The notes under the pieces: generated by a model
What the model was told of the DNA's origin: nothing
The model's database searches: none
What the model saw: only the letters and a program-made list of their open reading frames with translations
From: a bacterium
GTDB taxonomy: Bacteria > Patescibacteriota > Minisyncoccia > Phycocordibacterales > JAKEFN01
Reading direction: 5' to 3'
Assembly (NCBI GenBank): GCA_022616085.1
Contig: JAKEFN010000096.1
Coordinates: 1 to 44,323, forward strand
DNA: 44,323 nucleotides
Shown: positions 9,193-17,424 of the stretch, piece by piece
How positions within the stretch are numbered: the stretch's first letter is position 1
How the letters are laid out: every line of letters begins with the position of its first letter
Program-made: the position numbers and the translations under genes

Positions 9193-9597
9193 ATGCGCGC
9201 GCCTTTGTTTGCGGGAGCTTTTTTACTCGCCTCCCTTGCCGTTCACGCGGCCGTACCTGCTGATCCGCCTAATTTTGAAAAACCCGACATCCGCGCGGAA
9301 TGCACGCCGCCGCAGATGACGCTTGAAATTTTCGACAAAAAAAGCCGAGACTTCAACGCCCTTGTCGTATTTTATTTGAACGGGGAACCGTTCTCCGTTA
9401 CGACCGTCGTCAGAAGATGGATCGGCTTATATTCGTCTCGCCATACATATCTGAAAGAAAAAAATATATGGATGCGCTATGACGCCCAAAACGACAACGA
9501 GAAAAAACGGCTTAAACAAAAAATCGCGCTCCTCTACGAAAGCGCGGGCGTTTCTTCCGAAAACATGAGGTCTTGTTTTTTCAATTTGTTTCTTTAA
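9193..9597 (+). CDS. Hypothetical secreted protein
   Basis: A 134-aa ORF with an AAGGA RBS and signal-peptide-like N-terminus MRAPLFAGAFLLASLAVHAA. A terminator follows. Confidence 0.7.
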   Translation: MRAPLFAGAFLLASLAVHAAVPADPPNFEKPDIRAECTPPQMTLEIFDKKSRDFNALVVFYLNGEPFSVTTVVRRWIGLYSSRHTYLKEKNIWMRYDAQNDNEKKRLKQKIALLYESAGVSSENMRSCFFNLFL

Positions 9598-9737
9598 AAA
9601 AACCCGGAAAATACGGGTTTTTTAATTGTCTGCTTATTTGCGAAGCAAAGAGAGTATTTCCGTTTCAATTTCTTCACTCTCCCAAGAAGCGAGCCGACAA
9701 GCCCTGCTCCGATAATCGTCATGTATTTTTCTTTCAT
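9594..9737 (-). CDS. Possible 47-aa small membrane peptide (below the ORF-track cutoff)
   Basis: Hand translation gives MKEKYMTIIGAGLVGSLLGRVKKLKRKYSL... A GGAGA RBS lies 5 nt upstream of the ATG. The 3' end overlaps the convergent terminator. Confidence 0.35.
   Translation of the reverse strand: MKEKYMTIIGAGLVGSLLGRVKKLKRKYSLCFANKQTIKKPVFSGFF
9598..9624 (+). terminator. Rho-independent terminator
   Basis: aacccg-gaaaata-cgggtt followed by tttttt. Confidence 0.75.
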
Positions 9738-9815
9738 ATCCGTCTCCGTGCTATGCCAAAATCAAAGACCTTATTATATTAACAAAAAATTACATTTATT
9801 TATGAAATTGTCAAG

Positions 9816-10898
9816 TTAAATCTTAAATTCAATCACGTCGCCGTCTTTCGCGATGTATTCTTTGCCTTCAGTGCGAACTTTGCCCTCCTCGCGGGCTTTT
9901 GCATACGAGCCGGCACGAAGAAGGTCTTCCCAGAAAATAATTTCGGCGCGGATGAACTTGTCGCGGAAGTCTGTGTGGATCGCGGCGCCGGCTTCGCGGG
10001 CCGTAGAACCCTTTTTGATCGTCCACGCGCGCGATTCGTCCTCGCCTGTCGTAAAAAAAGTGATAAGGTCAAGAAGCGCATAACTCTCGCGGATAAGCGC
10101 GTCAATACCGCCCGTTTCCCCAATCATATCTTTCAACTGTTTTTTTTCTTCTTCAGAAAGCTCGGAGAGTTCCGCTTCGCTTCGCGCGTCTACGCATACA
10201 ATGTGTGCGCCGTTTTTTTCAAGATACTGTTTCAACTCCGCGAAACCTTCGCCTGAAGGCGCATCCTCGCCCGAAATAATATTAAGCACATAAAGCACGG
10301 GCTTCATCGTAATGAGTCCGAGCTCTTTTATCTTTTTACCCTCTTCCTCGTCAAGAATCGCCTCGCGCGCGGGTTTTTCGGCTTCAAGAAGGGTGACAAT
10401 TTTATCGATCGCGCGCGAGAATACCGCCGCGTCTTTGTCGCCGCGCTTCACGTCCCGCTCCAAACTTCCCTTCCGCTTGGTTGAGGTCTCGAGATCGGCA
10501 AGAATCAGTTCAAGATCAATTGTTTCCATGTCCGCGAGCGGATTGACGTTTCCCGCAACATGCAAAACCGCCTTCTTTTCAAAAAACCGGACCACATGCG
10601 CTATGGCATCCGTCTCGCGAATGTGCGAGAGAAACTGATTGCCGAGGCCTTCGCCTTTGTGCGCGCCGGCGACGAGTCCCGCGATGTCGACAAATTGGAT
10701 GGCGGCGGGAACCGTTTTTTTTGAATGCGAAAACACCGAGAGCTTCGCGAGCCGCTCGTCCGGCACGGCAACAACCCCGACAGAGGGGTCAATGGTGCAA
10801 AATGGATAATTTTCCGCCGGCACGCTCTTTTTGGTTAATGCGTTAAAAAGCGTGCTTTTCCCGACATTCGGGAGGCCGACAATGCCGATATTGAGCAT
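9816..10898 (-). CDS. ychF: Redox-regulated ATPase YchF (Obg-family GTP/ATP-binding protein)
   Basis: N-terminal P-loop [18 protein letters not shown], the TGS-like C-terminus and a 360-aa length typical of YchF. Confidence 0.95.
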   Translation of the reverse strand: MLNIGIVGLPNVGKSTLFNALTKKSVPAENYPFCTIDPSVGVVAVPDERLAKLSVFSHSKKTVPAAIQFVDIAGLVAGAHKGEGLGNQFLSHIRETDAIAHVVRFFEKKAVLHVAGNVNPLADMETIDLELILADLETSTKRKGSLERDVKRGDKDAAVFSRAIDKIVTLLEAEKPAREAILDEEEGKKIKELGLITMKPVLYVLNIISGEDAPSGEGFAELKQYLEKNGAHIVCVDARSEAELSELSEEEKKQLKDMIGETGGIDALIRESYALLDLITFFTTGEDESRAWTIKKGSTAREAGAAIHTDFRDKFIRAEIIFWEDLLRAGSYAKAREEGKVRTEGKEYIAKDGDVIEFKI

Positions 10899-10903
10899 AA
10901 ATT

Positions 10904-11281
10904 TTAGAGATCATCAGGAGAGAGTCCGGTATGTTTTCCAATACGAGACAACATACGAGGACCAATCTCTTCACGATCATGAAATGCAAATGTCTTTGAA
11001 TTACGAAACTAAATTCGTTACGAGAGTTTTTGGCTTCGAGCGAACCGAACCAGAATAATTTTTCGTTTAATGCCGTAGGTATTGCGAAAAATTTTCGGGT
11101 TTGGCGCAGTCGAAGTCCAAAAGCTCGCAGCAGGATTTAGTTTCGTAATTCAAAGAAATGTATAATCCGGCCAACCGGTTCTGCCGAGTATACGGTGAGA
11201 GCCTTTCTGCCGTTTGATATGCCAGCCAAGGCGAAAAAGTGCGCCCAAAACATGTGATGCTTTAACGGCGCGCCATTCCAT
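10904..11281 (-). pseudogene. hicA: hicA toxin gene interrupted by MITE copy 2
   Basis: The N-fragment 11150..11281 encodes MEWRAVKASHVLGALFRLGWHIKRQKGSHRILGRTGWPDYTF, then L-stop from the MITE. The C-fragment 10904..10993 encodes TFAFHDREEIGPRMLSRIGKHTGLSPDDL-stop. Removing the element plus one aaatgt copy restores a 69-aa HicA-like ORF in frame. Confidence 0.85.
10994..11155. mobile_element. MITE-like palindromic element, copy 2 (162 bp)
   Basis: It has the same termini and central core as copy 1. The 6-bp direct repeat aaatgt lies at 10988-10993 and 11156-11161. It is inserted within hicA. Confidence 0.9.
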
Positions 11282-11513
11282 GTTCCGTAAACAAAGAAGA
11301 AATCTGTATCGGCACCTTCTTATTTTCTATTGCATAAGCAAGCGTGCGAAGCGCTACTGCATATACTCTCCGCTCCGCATCTTTTTTGGTCGCGCCGTAT
11401 GACATCACGCCGAGCAGTTTTGGGATTTCCGCAATCCAGCGGCCGTCTTCTTCGCGGTCAAATTCCACAACATACGACCGTATAATAGCGCCTTTTTCTT
11501 TTTTAATCATCAA
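11262..11513 (-). CDS. hicB: HicB-family antitoxin (UPF0150-like)
   Basis: An 83-aa ORF with the pattern YVVEFDREEDGRWIAEIPKLLGVMSYGATKKDAERR typical of the HicB N-domain. Its stop overlaps the hicA start. Confidence 0.75.
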   Translation of the reverse strand: MMIKKEKGAIIRSYVVEFDREEDGRWIAEIPKLLGVMSYGATKKDAERRVYAVALRTLAYAIENKKVPIQISSLFTEHGMARR

Positions 11514-11610
11514 TAAAGAATACTGAATAGAAAATCAAAAATCAAGCATTCATTCTTGACTTCTGTCATAAAAATGCAATTATCTAATCAGGCAAAAATG
11601 GACAGAACAC

Positions 11611-12771
11611 GTGGAACAAAACAAACGAGTAGACAGTATTTTATTCGTCGGCATAGGCGGCGGCAACGATGTCTTTTCAGGAATTCTTGCGTCACTTTCG
11701 CTCAAACGACTCGGATGGAAATGGGGGCGCGCTGATTTTGCGGGCGTGTTGAGCCCGTTCCACCACCATACCGGCTCACTCGCCGAAATGCAGGGGGTGA
11801 TAAAAATTAACCCCGATTCAAAACGATTCCTCATTAGAAACAACTATCAAAAAGAGATAGTATTTGTAGACAACGCGGTTGCACTGCTTTTCAAAAATAT
11901 TCCGGATTACAAAAAGAGCGGCTTATTCGGTCTATCGCTTGCACATGGTTCACGCGGTTTTTCAAAAACATTGAGCGTACTCTCAAGGATGTACGAAAAA
12001 ATTGTTCTTGTAGATCTCGGGGGCGACTGCTTCTATGGCGGAGTGCGGGATCGGCACGTCTTAAGCCCTATGTTTGACGCGATCGCGCTTCGCGGATTTA
12101 TCGACTCCGGCGCAGAAGGATTTTTGTTCGAAGCCGGACCAGGAACAGACGGGGAGCTTGAGCCGGAAGCGCTCCTTGAATCATTCACGCGTGCGGAAGC
12201 CGAACCGCATCCGATCCAAGCTGATACCATTTCTGAATGGGAAAGTCTCTACAAAAAGTGGATACTTCCGGTACGAGAAGGGCGAACCGTCCCGATGACC
12301 ATACAAGCGTTTCATTCGAATGAAAAAGAGTTACTGCTTCCGTATAGAGCTCGCGCTCATATGGGAGATACCCGATTATACAAAAATTTTAACCAGCGGA
12401 TATATACGGATCTTTGCCGGCAATTCTTCATCGTAGATCCGAAAAAAATAAAAAACCCGTTCATGGTTGAATGTGGAAACCCCCTTGAATGGTTCGAAAA
12501 AACTCAAGCCGTAATACAAAAGACTAATTGCGAGGCGAACCTGGAGTATTTCCTCTATAACGGGCAACTCTGCCAATTCCTCACCCCGTCGCCCCTTCTG
12601 GACGCGTGTGACAGACGCACATTTATCTCGCAGGGGCTCGAAGACTTATGCTCCGGCGCGTGCGACAGAGTATGGATGTTCCCTTCGGATTTGGAATCTA
12701 TTGATCGCGAATGGACCCGAAAAGCCAGGGTTGCGGGAGTGGGCAAATTACTCACTATTGAACGAAATTGA
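11611..12771 (+). CDS. Hypothetical protein, DUF1152-like (tentative)
   Basis: A 386-aa ORF with a GTG start. The motifs GIGGGNDV and VDLGGD recall DUF1152 proteins. The assignment is from memory of the family, not a search. Confidence 0.7.
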   Translation: MEQNKRVDSILFVGIGGGNDVFSGILASLSLKRLGWKWGRADFAGVLSPFHHHTGSLAEMQGVIKINPDSKRFLIRNNYQKEIVFVDNAVALLFKNIPDYKKSGLFGLSLAHGSRGFSKTLSVLSRMYEKIVLVDLGGDCFYGGVRDRHVLSPMFDAIALRGFIDSGAEGFLFEAGPGTDGELEPEALLESFTRAEAEPHPIQADTISEWESLYKKWILPVREGRTVPMTIQAFHSNEKELLLPYRARAHMGDTRLYKNFNQRIYTDLCRQFFIVDPKKIKNPFMVECGNPLEWFEKTQAVIQKTNCEANLEYFLYNGQLCQFLTPSPLLDACDRRTFISQGLEDLCSGACDRVWMFPSDLESIDREWTRKARVAGVGKLLTIERN

Positions 12772-12777
12772 ATAGCT

Positions 12778-12811
12778 AAGGTCTCGCCGGAAATATGCGA
12801 GGCCTTTTTAC
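12778..12811. terminator. Bidirectional hairpin between convergent genes
   Basis: aaggtctcgc-cggaaatat-gcgaggcctt with a T-run on the plus side. Confidence 0.55.
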
Positions 12812-13035
12812 TTTTTCATCATGCCTTGAAGCTCTGTCCGATAGTTTTGCATGACTGCTTGAGTGGCCGCCATTTGGTCTTCGCCTTTGTCCATGCGCGC
12901 TTTTATTTCAAGCGCGATTTTTTGGAAGAATTCAGGGTTATCCGAAACCACCTGGATTATTTTCTCCTGCTCGGACTCGGGCATGCCGGCGAGCTGTTTC
13001 TTCATAATTTTTCGTATAAAAAATTCTTTAAACAT
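12808..13035 (-). CDS. Hypothetical small protein (75 aa)
   Basis: The ORF-track entry is 12808..13128. The start at M32 is preferred because TGTTAAAAT sits 7 nt upstream of that ATG. Confidence 0.6.
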   Translation of the reverse strand: MFKEFFIRKIMKKQLAGMPESEQEKIIQVVSDNPEFFQKIALEIKARMDKGEDQMAATQAVMQNYRTELQGMMKK

Positions 13036-13151
13036 AAAAACAATTTTAACATAGCCCGTGAAATCCACAACTTTCTCCCTCGTCTTCGGACATCGGATGT
13101 CCGAAGATTTCCCAAAAATAATGGCCACATCCCTGTGGCCAAATTGCGTCC

Positions 13152-13424
13152 TTACTTTTTTCCGCTGACCGTAGTCGCACGAGTCTTTCGGCTCTTACTA
13201 CCACGACGGCGCCTCGGCTTCCCGCAGCGGACCCTGGTCTGGGTCGAGGCGACCTCTTCCTCCACCTCGGGAGTGGAAGCCGTCGGCGTCACGGACTCGA
13301 TGTCCGTGACGAACGAGGCCGGGGCCGCGTCGGTCGTGGAAACGACCTCCGCCACCTCCGCCTTAGTTCCCGCCGCCGAGACAGATTTGGGCCCAAGGCC
13401 CAATACTCTTTTTAACCAACCCAT
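13152..13424 (-). CDS. Hypothetical low-complexity protein (acidic centre, Arg/Lys-rich tail), GC-rich gene
   Basis: A strong GGAGGT RBS lies 7 nt upstream of the ATG for MGWLKRVLGLGPK... The gene is markedly more GC-rich than its neighbours by eye. Confidence 0.6.
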   Translation of the reverse strand: MGWLKRVLGLGPKSVSAAGTKAEVAEVVSTTDAAPASFVTDIESVTPTASTPEVEEEVASTQTRVRCGKPRRRRGSKSRKTRATTVSGKK

Positions 13425-13479
13425 AATTTTTACCTCCAAGGTTAAATAGGGTTAACTAGAACAAAAACAGTATATCATA

Positions 13480-13507
13480 TTGACATTTTTTGTCAAGATG
13501 CTATAAT
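13480..13507 (+). promoter_or_regulatory. Consensus sigma-70-type promoter (TTGACA-16 nt-TATAAT)
   Basis: ttgaca ttttttgtcaagatgc tataat lies about 28 nt upstream of the AGGAG RBS of the 13536 gene. Confidence 0.6.
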
Positions 13508-13535
13508 TTCAATACATTCTTATTAGGAGAATAAA

Positions 13536-13940
13536 ATGAAGAAGCTTATCGGCTTTTTCCGAGGATTGTTCGGGAAGGAACCGGAGGCAACGCAACCACG
13601 GCGCCAGCCGCTCGTCCTCGCCACCTCAAACCCGAACCTTGAGTTCAAGGTACGGGGGTTGAGCAAAGGGGTAATCGTTAAAAGGAAGTTCAATACACTG
13701 ATGAACTTCCGGGGCAAGTTCGTCGGCGCACATATGTGCGTTGACATCTCCCTTCGCGGACTTCCGGCATTATCGCCGGGACTCCGCAAACCCTTGTGGC
13801 TCGACGCGCTTCAGGGCGCGGGAGTCGCAAGCCTCCACATCGTGGGGGGCTCCAAGGAGGAGCGGCGGAAATACAGGATGTTTAGCCGAGGCGGAGAAAA
13901 TACCCTCCGCGTCATGTCAATCGTCGTTGACGAGGACTGA
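13536..13940 (+). CDS. Hypothetical protein (134 aa), GC-rich gene
   Basis: AGGAG RBS with ATG. The N-terminus MKKLIGFFRGLFGKEP resembles that of the divergent 13152 gene. Confidence 0.65.
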   Translation: MKKLIGFFRGLFGKEPEATQPRRQPLVLATSNPNLEFKVRGLSKGVIVKRKFNTLMNFRGKFVGAHMCVDISLRGLPALSPGLRKPLWLDALQGAGVASLHIVGGSKEERRKYRMFSRGGENTLRVMSIVVDED

Positions 13941-13974
13941 CGCGGAACTACGGGGGAGCAAGGATGCTTCCCCT

Positions 13975-14976
13975 TTACCTTTTCAAGGCGAGCATGAGCG
14001 TGTGTGTGATAAATTCGGGCATGGTAATCCCCACGGCGGGAAGCGCGGCGGGAAGAAGCGATGATTCAGTCGTGCCCGGAAGCGTATTGACTTCAAGGGC
14101 GTAGACGCCGTGCGGCGCGACAATGAAGTCCGAGCGCGAGTAATGGCGGAGATTCATGCATGAATGAATTTTTATCGCCATGTCGCGGAGCGCCTTTTTT
14201 TCTTCCTTTGAAAATCGTCCCGGGCAGACAATATCGTGGAAATTATCGTCATATTTGGCTTCATAATCCCAAATCTCTCCGCCCTTTTTATTCACCACTT
14301 CAATCGGCGGAAGCGCGTAGCGAGGCTTCCCGCGAAAATCATCTATGACCGCAACAGTCGCTTCCCTCCCCCGCACGAATTCTTCGACAAAAACGTCTTC
14401 CGTTTGCGCCGCCATCTCTTCGCGAATCATGGAATCAAGATCATTAAAATGGCGCGCGATGCGAATGCCGAGCGATGATCCGCCGCAGAGCGGTTTAATA
14501 ACCCACGGAGGCGAAAAAGAACGAACCACGCGGTAAGGAAGTTCCGCGATATAATCATCCTCCCACCCCGAGGGGCGGTGCTTCTTCCAATGCTCGAGAA
14601 GCATGAAGCGGGGCGTCTTGATGCCCGCGTTTCTAAAATACGTTTTTGCGATAGCTTTGTTCATCCCCGCGGCGGACGCAAATGCCCGCGATCCGGTATA
14701 GGGAATAAAAAGCGAATCAAGGAGCGTCTGGACTTTGCCGTCTTCGCCATAAAAACCGTGAAGAGCATTCCAGACGACATCAACAACGCTCCCCACTTTT
14801 TCGGGCGATGCGCGAAATCCGTCGAGATGCCATACACCCTCCTTATCAAGAAGCACGTCAACCGGATCGAAAATATTACGCGGAATATGCCGGAGAATTG
14901 CGCCGCCGCTTTTGAGCGAAACATCATATTCGCCGCTCGTCCCGCCGCGGAGAATGCCTACTCTAATTTTTCCCAT
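13975..14976 (-). CDS. ddl: D-alanine--D-alanine ligase
   Basis: The N-terminus MGKIRVGILRGGTSGEYDVSLKSG, an ATP-grasp body and a 333-aa length. Confidence 0.93.
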   Translation of the reverse strand: MGKIRVGILRGGTSGEYDVSLKSGGAILRHIPRNIFDPVDVLLDKEGVWHLDGFRASPEKVGSVVDVVWNALHGFYGEDGKVQTLLDSLFIPYTGSRAFASAAGMNKAIAKTYFRNAGIKTPRFMLLEHWKKHRPSGWEDDYIAELPYRVVRSFSPPWVIKPLCGGSSLGIRIARHFNDLDSMIREEMAAQTEDVFVEEFVRGREATVAVIDDFRGKPRYALPPIEVVNKKGGEIWDYEAKYDDNFHDIVCPGRFSKEEKKALRDMAIKIHSCMNLRHYSRSDFIVAPHGVYALEVNTLPGTTESSLLPAALPAVGITMPEFITHTLMLALKR

Positions 14977-15022
14977 AAATAGTAGATATCATTGAGCTAT
15001 AACGCGCCGAAGAATGCGTTGG

Positions 15023-15415
15023 TTAATAGGTCCCGGTCGGAAACCCCATCTCTTGAATATCTCGCGGCGAACCGAAGCTGTATCCTTCGAAGTGCGCCCG
15101 CGTAAAGGTAAGCGTCATGAGGACGATTATAACCACGACAAAAATAATAATCGTGGAGAGGATATTGATCATATACCTTCTATTGTCATCCACAAACGCG
15201 CCCGCGTCATTGAGCGGCGCGCGAACTTTCGGCCATAGACCGATAAGGAGAACAGCGAGAGGGATCCCGAACAGATATGCAAATCCAGCTTGGACATGTA
15301 TCGGCGAGTCGGCAAAAATAAGAAACCAAAGTCCGATGAGCGCGGAGAAACCCGCGACTGCCGGTTTCCACGGCAATTTCGCGCCGTTTTCGTTTTCATC
15401 TTCGTAAAGTGGCAT
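15023..15415 (-). CDS. Hypothetical membrane protein
   Basis: A 130-aa ORF with three predicted hydrophobic helices. TATCAT lies 7 nt upstream of the ATG. Confidence 0.65.
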   Translation of the reverse strand: MPLYEDENENGAKLPWKPAVAGFSALIGLWFLIFADSPIHVQAGFAYLFGIPLAVLLIGLWPKVRAPLNDAGAFVDDNRRYMINILSTIIIFVVVIIVLMTLTFTRAHFEGYSFGSPRDIQEMGFPTGTY

Positions 15416-15447
15416 ATGGTATATGATAATTCATATTCTTCAGAGTA

Positions 15448-16656
15448 TCAAATCCTGTCTCTCTTTCTCCTGTGCCGCGAGAGCGAAAACCGGTGCGATT
15501 CGGCGTTCGCGAGAAATATTTCTTTTTCATGCGCGCGGATTGAAGCCTGATCTCCCAAAATCCCCTTTGCGCGGTGGCGTTCATCTTTAATTACGCTCAC
15601 CACGGGGATAAAAACGCCCGTGTTGTTGAGTGCTTTTTCCGCCGCGTTCAATTGCGCCTTCCCGCCGTCTACGACGATAAGGCGCGGGTATTTCCATTCA
15701 TGATGCGCCAAACGCCGATCAATAATCTCCGCAAGAGCGCGAGTATCATTTACTCCTTCAAAAGATTTGATATTAAACGTCCGGTATTCTTTTTTGTCCG
15801 GCACACCGTCCGTCACAACCGCCATGACGCCCACCGCATTTTTGCCGGATGTGTGCGCCACATCATACGCTTCAATGCGGAACGCCGCATGAGTCGCCGG
15901 CTCATTTTTGAGAAGCGCAACGTCGTGAATATGCTTGAGCGCGAAAATCGTGCGTTTCACTTCTTCCGCTTTTTCGAATTCTTGATTCTTTGCATCCGTT
16001 TTCATCTCCCTTTCAAGTTTTGAGATGAGCGTCTTTTTCTTTCCTTCAAAAAACATTTTTATATTTCGAATATTTTTTGCGTATTCTTTTGCCGTAATAG
16101 CGCCGCTGCACACGCCCGGACAGAGCCCGATCTGCGCGTTGAAGCACGGCTTCCCCGACTCCGGCGCGCATGAATCCCGAAATGGGATTATCTTTCGCAC
16201 GAGCTTAAGGGCAATTTTAAGATTTCCGCCCTGCGTAAATGGGCCGAATGAATACTGTATGAATTTTTTATCAAATTTTCCTTCAAGAAGTTCTCTCTGA
16301 CGCACAAGAAGGACGCGCGGAAATTCTTCTTTGGTGATAACGGCATAATTCCAGCTTTTGTCGTCTTTCTGGTCTGTGTTATAGGGCGGCTGATATTTCT
16401 TTATAAGCGCGGCTTCAAGAATAAGCGCTTCGAGGACAGAATCGGTTTTCTCAAAATCAACCGAGCGCGCAAGTTCAAGCATTTTGGCTATCTTCGGTCC
16501 CCGCGTTACGGCAATATCCTCGCGAAAATAGCTCCGCACGCGGTTTTTGAGCGATGCCGCCTTGCCGATATAGAGCTTCTTGCGCTTGTTTCCGAGAAAC
16601 ATATACACCCCAGGCGCATCAGGCAATTTCTTGAAATTTTTAAGAGAGATTGACAT
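15448..16656 (-). CDS. uvrC: Excinuclease ABC subunit C, short form
   Basis: GIY-YIG N-terminus (GVYMFLG...LYIGKA), a UvrBC-interaction-like centre and an endonuclease domain (VVDGGKAQL). At 402 aa, the C-terminal (HhH)2 region appears absent. Confidence 0.88.
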   Translation of the reverse strand: MSISLKNFKKLPDAPGVYMFLGNKRKKLYIGKAASLKNRVRSYFREDIAVTRGPKIAKMLELARSVDFEKTDSVLEALILEAALIKKYQPPYNTDQKDDKSWNYAVITKEEFPRVLLVRQRELLEGKFDKKFIQYSFGPFTQGGNLKIALKLVRKIIPFRDSCAPESGKPCFNAQIGLCPGVCSGAITAKEYAKNIRNIKMFFEGKKKTLISKLEREMKTDAKNQEFEKAEEVKRTIFALKHIHDVALLKNEPATHAAFRIEAYDVAHTSGKNAVGVMAVVTDGVPDKKEYRTFNIKSFEGVNDTRALAEIIDRRLAHHEWKYPRLIVVDGGKAQLNAAEKALNNTGVFIPVVSVIKDERHRAKGILGDQASIRAHEKEIFLANAESHRFSLSRHRRKRDRI

Positions 16657-16715
16657 AATTTATTAAATACAATACAGTACGGTCACATTTTATCCCAAAA
16701 AAAGGAGGGAACAAA

Positions 16716-16877
16716 ATGTCTACGGTGAGTTTGGCAGCCATTGCCGGTGTACTTGCTGGGAGCGGTGGAAGCCTACTAGGGCTTGGTGCCGTTTATAAAA
16801 TCCTTGGAGTTGGCATTTTGGGTGCGGGATTTTTAGCCGCAGGGGTTTATCTCGCGTCAACTCTAACCGCCTGTTAG
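16716..16877 (+). CDS. Small Gly/Ala-rich membrane protein (53 aa, below the ORF-track cutoff)
   Basis: Hand translation gives MSTVSLAAIAGVLAGSGGSLLGLGAVYKILGVGILGAGFLAAGVYLASTLTAC. A strong AAGGAGGG RBS lies upstream and a terminator follows. Confidence 0.65.
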   Translation: MSTVSLAAIAGVLAGSGGSLLGLGAVYKILGVGILGAGFLAAGVYLASTLTAC

Positions 16878-16902
16878 TGATTCTTTTATTTTGGTTTTTG
16901 AT

Positions 16903-16931
16903 AACCTGCCACCCGGCAGGCTTTTCTTTTC
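16903..16931 (+). terminator. Rho-independent terminator
   Basis: cctgcc-accc-ggcagg followed by cttttctttt. Confidence 0.7.
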
Positions 16932-16988
16932 TCATTATAAAACATTGTTATCCTACAAAAAATGACTTACAGTTTCAATAGATATAGT

Positions 16989-17070
16989 GCCGACGTGGCG
17001 GAATTGGTATACGCGCATGGCTTAGGACCATGTGCCGCAAGGCTTGTGAGTTCGAGTCTCACCGTCGGCA
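16989..17070 (+). tRNA. tRNA-Leu (anticodon TAG)
   Basis: Hand-folded cloverleaf. The acceptor is GCCGACG/CGTCGGC, and the anticodon stem CATGG/CCATG carries the loop CTTAGGA. It has a long variable arm, T arm GTGAG-TTCGAGT-CTCAC and discriminator A. No CCA is encoded. Confidence 0.9.
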
Positions 17071-17358
17071 TATTTGAACAAAGTGAAAAATGCCGCGGGG
17101 AGACTCGAACGGGAAGGGGGACGGGGAAACACCTGTTTCCACGTGGAGGAAGTTCACGAAACCGTGGGTTTCGTGAGAGCGAGGGACGAGCGACGTTTGA
17201 TTCTCACCGTCGGCATTTTGAATGCAATGAAAAATGCCGCGGAGAGGCTCGAACACGAAAGGGGTCGGGAAAACTGTAGTTTTCCCGTGGAGGAAGTTCA
17301 CGAAACCGAGGGTTTCGTGGGAGCGAGGGACGAGCGACGTTTGATTCTCACCGTCGGC
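17071..17358 (+). repeat. Two tandem 144-bp units, each ending in a degenerate copy of the tRNA-Leu 3' end
   Basis: The units start near 17071 and 17215. Each ends in tttgattctcaccgtcggcat, compared with ttcgagtctcaccgtcggcat in the tRNA. Both units contain two conserved hairpins. Confidence 0.85.
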
Positions 17359-17386
17359 ATATTGAATAGAAACAATACTCTCCCCG

Positions 17387-17423
17387 AAAAAAACGACATA
17401 CTCATGTCGTTTTTGTTTTTTTT
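17387..17423. terminator. Bidirectional rho-independent terminator
   Basis: acgacat-actc-atgtcgt is flanked by an A-run upstream and a T-run downstream. It serves the tRNA/repeat transcript (+) and the 17425 gene (-). Confidence 0.75.
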
Positions 17424-17424
17424 A

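Noticed and set aside
12826-13449. A 207-aa plus-strand ORF across the GC-rich islet.
   Set aside because: It is antisense to two minus-strand genes that have an RBS or -10 signals. Long spurious ORFs are expected in GC-rich DNA.
16720-16935. A 71-aa minus-strand ORF from the track.
   Set aside because: The opposite strand carries a 53-aa membrane ORF with a strong AAGGAGGG RBS and its own terminator. The minus ORF lacks signals and reads through that terminator.
17071-17358. The tandem repeats considered as a CRISPR array.
   Set aside because: There are only two long (144-bp) contiguous units, with no short repeat/unique-spacer alternation and no cas genes in the window.
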